Assembly (NCBI RefSeq): GCF_002087085.1
Contig: NZ_MWQY01000013.1
Span: forward strand, 1-64,000
DNA length: 64,000 bases
Reading direction: 5' to 3'
The translations under genes were made by a program, and so were the position numbers. The notes under the pieces are model-generated. The model was not told the origin of the DNA. It made no database searches and saw only the letters and a list, made by a program, of their open reading frames with translations. The stretch's first letter is position 1; each line of letters opens with the position of its first letter. This document shows positions 19,559 through 29,048 of the stretch, piece by piece.

Positions 19559-20223
19559 TACGCGAGTTTACCAAGGGACTCTTCAAGGAGAATCCCATAT
19601 TTGTAGTCCTTCTCGGACTCTGCCCCGCCCTTGGGGTCTCCACAAAAGTCATAAACGCCCTGGGTATGGGAGCGGGCACCCTCTTTGTACTCGTCGGGTC
19701 AAACATCTTTGTCTCCCTTCTTAAAGGCTTTATCCCCGAGAAGGTCCGCATCCCGGCCTACATTGTAATAATCGCCTCCTTTGTTACCATCGTGGAGATG
19801 GTCATGCAGGCCTACGCTCCTGACCTGTACAACAGTCTCGGGGTTTTTGTTCCCCTTATAGTTGTCAACTGTATTATTCTCGGCCGTGCGGAGGCCTTCG
19901 CCAGCAAGAACAGGCTGCTTCCTTCGGTCATGGATGCCCTGGGGATGGGACTGGGATTTACCCTTGGTCTTTCGGCGATCTCCCTGGTGCGCGAGTTCTT
20001 CGGTAACGGTACCATTACCATTTTCCCGATTGCACCTTTGGGATTCGACGGTATCATCAGGATTCCCCTGATTTACCAGTCCCCCGCCAGAATTATGACC
20101 CTGGCCGCCGGGGCCCTCCTGGTAATCGGCTATCTGAAGGCTCTTCTCAACTACTACGAAGAAAAGAAGAAAGATGCGCCGAAAAGCGAAAAAGCTGTAA
20201 AGGAGGCCGCTTTAGCGGAATAG
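19555..20223 (+). CDS. rnfE: Rnf complex subunit E
   Basis: ENP...LGLCPAL and PLIVVNCIILGRAEAFA. Confidence 0.95.
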   Translation: MIREFTKGLFKENPIFVVLLGLCPALGVSTKVINALGMGAGTLFVLVGSNIFVSLLKGFIPEKVRIPAYIVIIASFVTIVEMVMQAYAPDLYNSLGVFVPLIVVNCIILGRAEAFASKNRLLPSVMDALGMGLGFTLGLSAISLVREFFGNGTITIFPIAPLGFDGIIRIPLIYQSPARIMTLAAGALLVIGYLKALLNYYEEKKKDAPKSEKAVKEAALAE

Positions 20224-20226
20224 TCC

Positions 20227-20823
20227 ATGATCTACATCGGAATATTTATAACCTTTGTTTTTATCAATAATTTCATTCTGACCCAGTTCCTGGGTATCTG
20301 TCCCTTTATCGGGGTCTCGAAAAACGTCGAATCCGCTGTGGGAATGGGTTTCGCGGTCATCTTTGTCATGTCCATCGCCACCCTGGCAACCTGGATCATC
20401 TATCACTGGATTCTGGTTCCCCTGGATCTTACTTTCTTGAGGACCATCTCCTTTATCCTGGTGATTGCCTCCCTGGTTCAGCTGGTGGAGATGGTGATTC
20501 AGAAGGTCTCTCCCGCTCTGTATAAGGCCCTGGGTATCTATCTACCCCTGATAACCACCAACTGCGCCGTAATGGGTATGGCGGTTATCGCGGTACAGAA
20601 CAACTATAATGCCCTGGAAAGCTTTATCGCCGGTTTCTCCGCGGGGGTGGGCTTCCTGCTCGCCATCGTGCTGATGTCCACGATACGGGAAAAGCTGGAT
20701 AGCGAATGGATTCCCAAACCCTTTCAGGGAGTCTCCATCGCTTTTATTACCGGCGGGCTGATGGCAATGGCCTTCATGGCCTTCGATAAAACCCTCCTGA
20801 ACAACCTGTTCCCCGGACTATAG
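20227..20823 (+). CDS. rnfA: Rnf complex subunit A
   Basis: NNFILTQFLGICPFIG and YLPLITTNCAV. Confidence 0.95.
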   Translation: MIYIGIFITFVFINNFILTQFLGICPFIGVSKNVESAVGMGFAVIFVMSIATLATWIIYHWILVPLDLTFLRTISFILVIASLVQLVEMVIQKVSPALYKALGIYLPLITTNCAVMGMAVIAVQNNYNALESFIAGFSAGVGFLLAIVLMSTIREKLDSEWIPKPFQGVSIAFITGGLMAMAFMAFDKTLLNNLFPGL

Positions 20824-20832
20824 GAAGTAAGC

Positions 20833-21642
20833 ATGAGTATTATTTCTGCATTGTATGCATTAGCTGTTGTCGGAGTTCTCGGACTGCTGTTTGGGGCAGG
20901 TCTCGCTGTGGCTTCACGGGTTCTGTCGGTTGAAAAGGACCGGCGAATCGAAGAGGTTGAAGCTGTACTCCCGGGAATCAACTGCGGCGCCTGCGGTTTC
21001 GCCGGATGCGCAGCCTATGCTGAGGGCATGGTCAAACAGGATGCCGAAATCAGCCTCTGTTCTCCCGGTGGTCAGGAAGTCATGGTTGCTCTGGGAAAAA
21101 TTCTCGGCAAAGAGGTCGATCTTACAAAGGAAAAGATGGTAGCCCAGGTACACTGCAGGGGCAACCGTGAAAGATCAGTGTACAAGTATGACTATAAGGG
21201 CGTGGAAGACTGTGTCAGTGCCCATATACTCTACGGTGGCGACAAGGTATGCCCCTACGGCTGCCTGGGACTCGGCAGCTGCATAAAGATCTGTCCGGTA
21301 GACGCGATCTCCTATGACGAGGATAACTGCGTCTGGGTGGACAAGGACAAGTGCATCTCCTGCGGCAAATGTGTCGATATATGCCCCACCGGTGTTATCC
21401 GGATGATTCCCTATTCGGCAGACAGGATTGTCGCCTGTAATTCCACCGACAAGGGTGGAGTTACAAAGAAATACTGTACAGTCGGGTGTATCGGGTGTAA
21501 GCTATGCGAGAAGAAGTCTCCTGAAGGGGGATTTCAGGTGGAGAATTTCCTGGCTAAAATCGACTATGCCCACAAGGGTGAACGTGAGGAGGCCGCCAAG
21601 GCCTGTCCTCCGAAGTGTATAATAGCCGCGGATAAAAAATAA
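20833..21642 (+). CDS. rnfB: Rnf complex subunit B
   Basis: LPGINCGACGFAGC, CSPGG and multiple ferredoxin cysteine motifs. Confidence 0.95.
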   Translation: MSIISALYALAVVGVLGLLFGAGLAVASRVLSVEKDRRIEEVEAVLPGINCGACGFAGCAAYAEGMVKQDAEISLCSPGGQEVMVALGKILGKEVDLTKEKMVAQVHCRGNRERSVYKYDYKGVEDCVSAHILYGGDKVCPYGCLGLGSCIKICPVDAISYDEDNCVWVDKDKCISCGKCVDICPTGVIRMIPYSADRIVACNSTDKGGVTKKYCTVGCIGCKLCEKKSPEGGFQVENFLAKIDYAHKGEREEAAKACPPKCIIAADKK

Positions 21643-21665
21643 AAAAAGGAAAAACTATTTCTGTA

Positions 21666-23576
21666 ATGCCGATTCAAAAGTTGGTGCTTGGAATACGAAA
21701 CAGTCTTCCTGTCGGAACATCGGAGGAGGAGTTCGAAGAGAATTATCAGAAGGTCCTGAAACCCTTCATGACTCTCCTCTACAACCATCCGGGAGTGTAT
21801 CTCTGGAATTACTTCTCAGGGAACCTCCTGGAGTGGCTTGAAGAGCGGCACCCCGAGTTCATAATGCTTTTGAATGACATGTCCAAGCGAAAACAGATCG
21901 AGCTTTTGGGGGGGGTGCATTACGAGGCGTTCCTTCCCCTGATACCGAGTCCTGACCGCCTGGGGCAGATTGAATATCTTACAACCTTCATACGAAAGCG
22001 CTTTGGCCGTCGTCCCAGAGGAGGGGTCCTTCCCGGAGACGTATGGGAACCCTCCCTGGCGAGTACCCTCAAGAGCGCCGGTTTCGACTACATCCTGCTG
22101 CCTGACAGCTACTTCGCCAATGCCGGGTGCCGGGGAAAAGAGCTCTATATGCCCTGTTATACCGAGGATCTGGGAAAGAACCTGATTGTCTATCCCGTAT
22201 CCACCGGGCTTTCCGGACGTATCGGTACCATCGACCCGGGCACTTTTATCGATGAGCTCTCTCTTATCTATCGGAATACCGGCACCGAGGTTATCTGTCT
22301 CTATCTGAATCCTCTGGGGCTTCAGGACTGGTACGACGAGTTTTTCAGCCTCCTTGAAGAGCGCAGCAATGAGATGTCCACGTTCAGACCTGTCCGTTGT
22401 ACACGGAATCTGGAGAACCTCGGTAAACGGTACTTTTCCAGCGTCACCTTTCAGAGCATGATGCGCTGGATCGAACGCCGACCTGCAGGAAAGGACCAGG
22501 AAGATCTGGATGCCTCGGTCCTGCCCGCCGGATCCTACCGTCATTTTCTTACCCGTTACCCGGAAGGAAACGCTCTCTACAGCAAAATGATGTATACCAG
22601 CCTTCTGGTAAACCAGATCCGTGGCGACCGCTCACGGAAAAAGACCGCCCGGGAGGAACTCTGGAAGGCCCAGTGCCACTCCGCCTACTGGCACGGAAGG
22701 GATGGTGGAATCTATCGCCGTGCTTTCCGTCAGGCCGCCTATTACTCCCTCCTGGAATCAGAGAAGGTCACCAAGGAACGGGGAATCTTCAAGCCCTCGA
22801 TCTTTACCACTGATTTTGATATGGACGGCAACCAGGAGTACCTGTATCGCGGAACCAATATAAACGCCTATGTCCACCGCTTTGGCGGGGGACTCATCGA
22901 GCTTGATTATTTCCCCGCCTCCTGGAATTACTGCGCCACCATGGCCCGGCACGAAGAACTGTACCTCAACGATGAGCTGCCCACCGACAGCGTTCCCAGG
23001 TACTCCTTTCTTGATCACATAAGCGACAGAGCCCTGGTTCAGGAAGATCTGAAACATGGGGTGGTCCCGGATATCGCTGATCTGTCCAGGAAGGTGTACG
23101 AACAGGATGCTTTCCACCGCGAAACCCGGGAAGTCAAACTCAAGGTGGACGGCAGCATCAAGACAGAAGAGGGCGAGCTGCCTGTAGTTCTCCATAAACA
23201 GTACAGCTTCAAAAAGAATATCTTCATGGTTGGCTATCACCTGTCAACCGGTGCCCCCAACAGCAGGGAGTTCTATTTCAATACGGAATTGAATTTCGCG
23301 TTTACTTCTCCGGGGAACCTCCGGATCCAGCTGAATGAAAATTCTGCCGAGGGAATGACACTGCTGCTGGAAGACCGGGGCATCAACAGCCGAATAAGCC
23401 TGAGCTGTCAGACTCCCTTTACATGGCACAGCCTTCCCATGAATATTCCCTACCTTACGGAAGGTGGAATCGTGGAAGAGTATCAGCAGCACATGCTGGT
23501 CCTGGGCTGGAAGATTCTCCCGGATATGGAGATCCCCTGGACGGTCGAGGTCCAGGTAAAGCTGGACAAGATATAG
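21666..23576 (+). CDS. GH57-like alpha-amylase/4-alpha-glucanotransferase homolog (DUF1926-type), catalytic motifs degenerate
   Basis: SGNLLEWLE, ELLGG.HYE, VWEPSL, FLTRYPE.N and AQCHSAYWHG..GG.Y. Confidence 0.75.
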   Translation: MPIQKLVLGIRNSLPVGTSEEEFEENYQKVLKPFMTLLYNHPGVYLWNYFSGNLLEWLEERHPEFIMLLNDMSKRKQIELLGGVHYEAFLPLIPSPDRLGQIEYLTTFIRKRFGRRPRGGVLPGDVWEPSLASTLKSAGFDYILLPDSYFANAGCRGKELYMPCYTEDLGKNLIVYPVSTGLSGRIGTIDPGTFIDELSLIYRNTGTEVICLYLNPLGLQDWYDEFFSLLEERSNEMSTFRPVRCTRNLENLGKRYFSSVTFQSMMRWIERRPAGKDQEDLDASVLPAGSYRHFLTRYPEGNALYSKMMYTSLLVNQIRGDRSRKKTAREELWKAQCHSAYWHGRDGGIYRRAFRQAAYYSLLESEKVTKERGIFKPSIFTTDFDMDGNQEYLYRGTNINAYVHRFGGGLIELDYFPASWNYCATMARHEELYLNDELPTDSVPRYSFLDHISDRALVQEDLKHGVVPDIADLSRKVYEQDAFHRETREVKLKVDGSIKTEEGELPVVLHKQYSFKKNIFMVGYHLSTGAPNSREFYFNTELNFAFTSPGNLRIQLNENSAEGMTLLLEDRGINSRISLSCQTPFTWHSLPMNIPYLTEGGIVEEYQQHMLVLGWKILPDMEIPWTVEVQVKLDKI

Positions 23577-23613
23577 GGTTTTTTTAAAAGCTGCTGTTTC
23601 CTGTTTGACCATG

Positions 23614-23637
23614 GGACACCGGGTTTTAGAGGTGTCC
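23614..23637. repeat. MITE-end remnant forming a hairpin between convergent genes
   Basis: ggacacc...ggtgtcc inverted pair; ttttagaggtgtcc (23624-23637) is identical to 54234-54247. Confidence 0.6.
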
Positions 23638-23663
23638 AGGGCTGGCTACGACAGGAACGTTTC

Positions 23664-24911
23664 CTAGGGGGAAGTCGCAAGACGCGGATAGATCCTGTCG
23701 ATCCACGGCTGGGATTCGGCGTAATAATCCTCTTCAGCCGTCAGGAACTGATAAAGGGCCTCCCGATAATTACCGGTAAAGTAGTATGCCTGTCCCAAGT
23801 AAAAACGGGCTGCATGATCCACTGAATCTTCCCGTCTGATGGAAAGGAATTCCTCCAGGGCCGCCGCCGTTTCCTCGTATTCTCCTTTGGAAAAACGTTC
23901 CCTCAGAATGAGCGAGAGGGTATAGGCCGCACCGCTGAAATCACCGTGAAGGTGGGACGGGAGAATTTCCGCTTCGGCGGGCTTCTCGTGCTTCTCGGGA
24001 ATATCGGCAAGCAGCTGGTCCACAACGGCCGCGGCTGCCGCTCCCATGGGACGCGGGGCCGGACTTATCTGGTTCAGGGAAGGAGCGAGCTGGTCTCCTG
24101 AGACTACGCTGCGCTGGAGCATCAGCCTGGGAAGGGGCGGGGAGCGGAGGCTTATACTTGGAGCAGCCAGGCCTGTGCGCCGGGCTTCCTCTCCTATTTT
24201 AACCGGCTGCACGCTGATATTCTGACCGGGATTGAAAACAAAGGTACCGGTCTGGATCAGCTTGGTATCGAAAATGCCGTAATAGTAGGGGATCCCCGGA
24301 ATGGGATAATCGGTAAATGTGGTCTGATCGCTTTCGATCATGCCGATGCTGCTGGCACCCAGCAGCCCGTCCACGTCGGCGATGGGGTCGGTATGCCGGT
24401 AGATTGTCAGGCTCCGGTCTTTCCTGTCTGCCTGGAAGCGAAGCTGAATTCCCTCTCCCCGGACTTCCGCTTTCAGCCCGGTGACCGAGGCGGCAAGCTC
24501 TTTTTCGGAGACCACCGGGAGAGCCGATACGGGGTATACCGTCTTGTTTCGAAAGGGAATAAAGAGTTCGAAGAGTCCTCCGTCGGGATCCTCCAGGAGA
24601 ACGGCATAATAATATTCCTGCCTGTCTCCGGGATAATCGACAAAGGTGGAAATCCCGGGAGGAACGGCAGCTATCTCCTTCGCATCGCTGAAATTCCCTT
24701 CCTCTATCTCGGTGCTGTGGCGGAAAATATGATAGGTTCCCAGAACGTCCGGGGAATCCCTCCAGGTAAGGCGGATTCCTTCGCCTGCTTCCACGGCCCG
24801 CAGGCTGGATGGAAAAGGGGAGAAGATGGTTCCGGACTGTGAGTACAGCGGAAGGCTGTACAGGAAGAGACCCATAACTGCAATTGTCAGGGGAAATCGA
24901 AAACCTTTCAT
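23664..24911 (-). CDS. exported protein with two FN3-like repeats and a C-terminal TPR
   Basis: Signal peptide; internal duplication GEGIRL...IFRH...TFVDYP...YYY versus GEGIQL...IYRH...TFTDYP...YYY; ARFYLGQAYY. Confidence 0.7.
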   Translation of the reverse strand: MKGFRFPLTIAVMGLFLYSLPLYSQSGTIFSPFPSSLRAVEAGEGIRLTWRDSPDVLGTYHIFRHSTEIEEGNFSDAKEIAAVPPGISTFVDYPGDRQEYYYAVLLEDPDGGLFELFIPFRNKTVYPVSALPVVSEKELAASVTGLKAEVRGEGIQLRFQADRKDRSLTIYRHTDPIADVDGLLGASSIGMIESDQTTFTDYPIPGIPYYYGIFDTKLIQTGTFVFNPGQNISVQPVKIGEEARRTGLAAPSISLRSPPLPRLMLQRSVVSGDQLAPSLNQISPAPRPMGAAAAAVVDQLLADIPEKHEKPAEAEILPSHLHGDFSGAAYTLSLILRERFSKGEYEETAAALEEFLSIRREDSVDHAARFYLGQAYYFTGNYREALYQFLTAEEDYYAESQPWIDRIYPRLATSP

Positions 24912-24992
24912 ATGCCTACCAGTATTATCGGAAAACGCTGGTATAATCCATAGTCCTTTCCCTCTTCTGTAGGTCCATCAGTGTATATCTGC

Positions 24993-25022
24993 TTGCCCAG
25001 AAAGGCTTTTTCCCTGTACACT
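24993..25022 (+). promoter_or_regulatory. sigma70-like promoter, probably leaderless, for the cas2-like gene
   Basis: TTGCCC-N18-TACACT, 7 nt before the ATG at 25030; no SD. Confidence 0.5.
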
Positions 25023-25029
25023 GACTTCA

Positions 25030-25299
25030 ATGTTTGTTGCCGTTGCCTGTGATTTTGCCAATGACGATCATTCCCGGGAGGTAATCAAGCTGCTTGGCTG
25101 GTACGGATTCGAAAAGGTCCAGGAAGGAGTGTGGGAGACCGCCTCGATTCCGGAGAACACCCTGGCTCGTTTAAAACGCGATATCGATCGCAACTGCGAT
25201 TCCTTCGATTCCATCCGGTTTTACCAGTTCCCCATGGAAGAGACCATGGTCATTACCTCGTTAAAGGGAAAACGCTGGCGGCGTATTATTCTTGAATAG
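25030..25299 (+). CDS. stand-alone Cas2-like protein
   Basis: 89 aa. Beta1 ends in Asp (MFVAVACD); LL..YG..VQ..VWE matches Cas2 L..YG.RVQ.SVFE; DSIRFY matches DSxRxY. Confidence 0.75.
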   Translation: MFVAVACDFANDDHSREVIKLLGWYGFEKVQEGVWETASIPENTLARLKRDIDRNCDSFDSIRFYQFPMEETMVITSLKGKRWRRIILE

Positions 25300-25323
25300 C
25301 TGATTGAAAAGGAGAACATGAAC

Positions 25324-26431
25324 ATGCTGAGTGAACTTGACGATGCAATACAGTCCCTGAACACCGAAATCCTCGAAATCTGGAGGGGTCTTTGACCCGG
25401 AACGGATAGAACACCAGATTCGTGAAAAAGAGGCGGTGACGGCGGAACCGGATTTCTGGAACGACCGTGAGGGAGCGGAAAAGCTCATGTCGGAGATTAC
25501 CGCACTGAAACGCTCCTACGAGCCCTGGAAGGATCTCAAAGGGAAGATCGAAGATCTTTCGGAGCTGTACAGCCTGGCTCTCGAGGAGGGAGATGACTCT
25601 GTCGAAACTGAGCTGAAGTCGGGGATCGATGAACTCGGCGCCGAGCTTCAACAGCTGCGGCTGATGGACATGCTCTCCGACGAGTTCGACCGTAATCCGG
25701 TCTTCCTGACCATCCACTCCGGGGCCGGCGGAACCGAAGCCTGCGACTGGGTCAGTATGCTGTACCGGATGTACAGCCGCTGGATAGAACGGCGGGGGTT
25801 CAAGTCGGAGATTCTGGATCTGCAGGAGGCCGAGGGGGGCATAAAATCGGTAACCCTTCAGGTAAAGGGAGATTATGCCCACGGCTATCTCAAATGTGAA
25901 ACCGGCATTCACCGGCTGGTACGGATCTCACCTTTCGACTCCTCGAGCCGAAGGCATACCTCCTTTGCTTCGGTCTATGTCTCTCCGGTTATCGAGGATG
26001 ATATCGAGGTTGATATCAGGCCCGAAGACCTGAGGGTCGATACCTATCGTGCCCAGGGGGCCGGAGGTCAGCACGTAAACAAGACGGATTCAGCAGTGCG
26101 AATGACCCACCTGGCTACCGGAATTGTCGTGCAGTGTCAGAACGAACGGAGCCAGCACAAAAACCGGGACATGGCCATGAAGATGCTGAAATCCCGGTTG
26201 TACGAATACTACAAGGCTGAGAAAGAGGCGGAAAAGGAGAAGAGTGCCCAGGAAAAAAAGGATATCTCCTGGGGTAACCAGATCCGGTCCTATGTTTTTC
26301 ATCCCTACAACATGGTCAAGGACCACAGAACGAAGCACGAAACAGGGAATGTCCAGGCTGTCATGGACGGAGATCTGGATCCCTTCATCGAAAGTTATCT
26401 CAATTTTATGTGGAAACAGAAGAAGGAATGA
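25324..26431 (+). CDS. prfB: peptide chain release factor 2, decoded by programmed +1 frameshift
   Basis: A 23-codon ORF ends CTT TGA C and the +1 frame continues into the RF2 body with GAGGTEA, SPF and GGQ. Confidence 0.97.
25382..25396 (+). promoter_or_regulatory. prfB frameshift cassette
   Basis: Internal SD GGAGGGG, then CTT TGA C at 25390-25396. Confidence 0.95.
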
Positions 26432-26790
26432 ACGGGGTCCTCATCGTCGACGATCTGGAGTTTATGCGAACCGCGCTGCGGGAGATACTCGATAAAGCAG
26501 GAATTCCTGTTGTCGGCGAGGCCTGTAACGGCATCCAGGGGGTGGAGTTCTACTCCCGGCTGAATCCCGAGGTTGTCCTTCTTGATATAACCATGCCGGA
26601 GATGGACGGTCTCGCTGCCCTCAGGAGAATCCGAAAGGATGACCCTTCCGCCCGGATTATCATGTGCTCAGCCCTGGGGCAGGAGTCCACTATTCTCAAG
26701 GCTATCCGCTACGGGGCCAGGGATTTTGTTGTCAAACCCTTCAAGCCTGAACGGATCGTCTCCGCCGTCAAAAAGGCACTGCCCGGATAA
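26428..26790 (+). CDS. single-domain response regulator, CheY-like
   Basis: LIVDD..FMR, LDITMPEMDG, MCSALGQ and KPF. Confidence 0.88.
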   Translation: MNGVLIVDDLEFMRTALREILDKAGIPVVGEACNGIQGVEFYSRLNPEVVLLDITMPEMDGLAALRRIRKDDPSARIIMCSALGQESTILKAIRYGARDFVVKPFKPERIVSAVKKALPG

Positions 26791-26792
26791 AA

Positions 26793-28160
26793 ATGAAACG
26801 AGGAGCACTGTCCGGAGGGATTTTCCCGGTACTGCTTAATCTCCTGCTCCTGATTCCGCAGTATGCAGGTGCTGCCGAGGATCCCCGGGAGGAGTACAGG
26901 ATCGCCCTTACCGGTTTTACCGCCCTCGGTCTGCCCCGGGAACATGCGTATCTGGCCCAGGCCCTTCCGCGCCTTATGCTGCATACCCTTGCGGGACTGG
27001 ATTCCCGCTATATCAGCGATAAGGAGAAGTCTGCTTATATCTGGAGAATCGAGAGGGAAGTCCGGCGGGAAGCTGCGCTCAAGTCGGCGAAAGCCAGAGA
27101 GGAGAACTCCTTCGACGCGATAAAAAGCGGGAGTCTTGAGAGCCGGCTCAATGACGAGACTGCCGAAACCGAGGAGGAACTCCTTCCTGCGGAAATTCAG
27201 GACTATAAACGGATAGAACTCTTCAATGGTCCGGGAGAGATTCCGGATCTTCCGGTTGATCCTGCGCAGTACTGCAGGAAGAATAACCTGGACATGCTGA
27301 TATCCGGCCGGATAGAATCGATCGGCGAGCTGGTTTACTTTTCCCTGGAGGCCTACACCTTTGCAGAGGCCCGCTGGGATGAGTTCTTCTTTTCCGCTTC
27401 CGGATTCACCACCCTGGAGGATGCCCTTCTTCAGGCCCGGGGAGCCCTCAGAGAAAAGGTCCTGGGAAGACCCTGGAGTTCCCTCTCTATTATCACCCGG
27501 CGGGATGCCTGGATCTATCTGGACGGGGAACTCCGAGGTGTCGGGGGGCTGAATAATCTGATTCTCTCTCCGGGCGGGCACAGGATCCGAATCGAGGCGG
27601 AGGCTGCTGAAACCCTGGAAGAATCAGTATTCCTTAAAGCCGGGGAAGAACAGCGTCTTGAGTTCAGCCTGACCGAATCCCCGGTGCCGGAGGTGGAAAT
27701 CGTCAGTGATCCTGAGGGCGCTGAAGTATATCTTTCCTCCCTGTGGGCAGGAACGACCCCTCTGCTTCTTCCGGATACCGGGCGCAGCGGAACCCTCAGA
27801 CTTGTGCTGGAGGGCTACAGGGATGTTCTTGTTCCCGCAGCGGAGCTTGAAACCGGGAAAAACAGTTTTATCCTGGAGCGGCAGCTCTACGATCCTGACC
27901 TTCGGCTCAGGGCAAAGCGGGACCGTCTGTATACGGCGGTGGGGCTTTTTACCCTTTCTCTGCCGGTGACCATGTTCAGCTATTCCCTGTACCGGGATTA
28001 CTGGAACCAGGCGGCCCTGTACAATGACAGCGGTTTTTCCGACCGTTCCTTTTTGTACAACGGCGCTTTTTATGGTAGTCTTTTCGGGTCTTCCATGCTG
28101 TTTGTACATATGGTACGGTCCCTTATCGATTACCGGGTTGCCGGCGCGGAGACATTTTAA
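26793..28160 (+). CDS. PEGA-domain exported/membrane protein
   Basis: Signal peptide, AWIYLDG...PGGHRIRI, SDPEGAEVYL....GTTP and C-terminal hydrophobic segments. Confidence 0.8.
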   Translation: MKRGALSGGIFPVLLNLLLLIPQYAGAAEDPREEYRIALTGFTALGLPREHAYLAQALPRLMLHTLAGLDSRYISDKEKSAYIWRIEREVRREAALKSAKAREENSFDAIKSGSLESRLNDETAETEEELLPAEIQDYKRIELFNGPGEIPDLPVDPAQYCRKNNLDMLISGRIESIGELVYFSLEAYTFAEARWDEFFFSASGFTTLEDALLQARGALREKVLGRPWSSLSIITRRDAWIYLDGELRGVGGLNNLILSPGGHRIRIEAEAAETLEESVFLKAGEEQRLEFSLTESPVPEVEIVSDPEGAEVYLSSLWAGTTPLLLPDTGRSGTLRLVLEGYRDVLVPAAELETGKNSFILERQLYDPDLRLRAKRDRLYTAVGLFTLSLPVTMFSYSLYRDYWNQAALYNDSGFSDRSFLYNGAFYGSLFGSSMLFVHMVRSLIDYRVAGAETF

Positions 28161-28187
28161 TCACACATAAATAAGGAAACAGACAAG

Positions 28188-29048
28188 ATGCGGGGAATAG
28201 GCGCAAGGCTCAAGAGTATTTTTTCCGGGAACCGGATAGACGACGAGACCTTTGAGGATATAGAGGACCTGCTGGTGGAAGCCGATATCGGCGCCGCTGC
28301 GGCCATGGAGACGGTGGATCAGCTGAGGAAGGAACGGGGAGTAAAAAGCCGGGAGGAACTTGTTCTCATTCTGCGGAACAGACTGAAGGCCTATCTCCTG
28401 GAGGGAGAACTTGCCCTGGAGCCGGATAAACTCAATGTCGTGCTGGTTCTTGGTGTAAACGGTGTGGGAAAAACCACCAGTATCGCCAAGATGGCCTCCC
28501 TGCTGCACAAAGAGCAGGGGATTGAACCGATGCTGGCGGCGGGAGATACCTTCCGTGCTGCTGCCATTGACCAGCTGATGCTTCATGGTGAGCGTCTCGG
28601 CTTCAAGGTTGTACACCAGCACCCGGGAGCGGATCCCGGCGCAGTGGTCTGGGATGCCATTGAGAGCGCCCAGGCAAAAGGCTGCTCCCTGGTTCTGGCG
28701 GACACCGCCGGACGAATGCACAACAAGCAGAACCTGGTAAACGAGCTGAAAAAGATCGACGGAATAGTGCAGAAACGTAAGGTCAACGGGGCCTATCGAA
28801 AGGTGCTGGTTATTGACGCTACAACCGGACAGAACGGTCTCAGACAGGCGGAGATTTTCCACGAAGCCGTCGGACTTGACGGGGTTATCCTGACCAAGTT
28901 CGACTCCGCTGCCAAGGGGGGAATAATCCTTTCGGTCTGCCGGAACCTGAAGATACCCTTTCTGTACCTCTGCGACGGCGAGTCCTATGACAGTATCCGA
29001 CCCTTCCGGACAGATGAATTCCTGGATGCCCTTCTGGCGGAGAATTGA
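28188..29048 (+). CDS. ftsY: signal recognition particle receptor FtsY
   Basis: GVNGVGKTT, DTFRAAA, DTAGR, DATTGQN and TKFD..AKGG. Confidence 0.95.
   Translation: MRGIGARLKSIFSGNRIDDETFEDIEDLLVEADIGAAAAMETVDQLRKERGVKSREELVLILRNRLKAYLLEGELALEPDKLNVVLVLGVNGVGKTTSIAKMASLLHKEQGIEPMLAAGDTFRAAAIDQLMLHGERLGFKVVHQHPGADPGAVVWDAIESAQAKGCSLVLADTAGRMHNKQNLVNELKKIDGIVQKRKVNGAYRKVLVIDATTGQNGLRQAEIFHEAVGLDGVILTKFDSAAKGGIILSVCRNLKIPFLYLCDGESYDSIRPFRTDEFLDALLAEN

Noticed and set aside
24912..25323. CRISPR array or leader near the Cas2-like gene
   Set aside because: No regularly spaced direct repeats here or elsewhere in the window.
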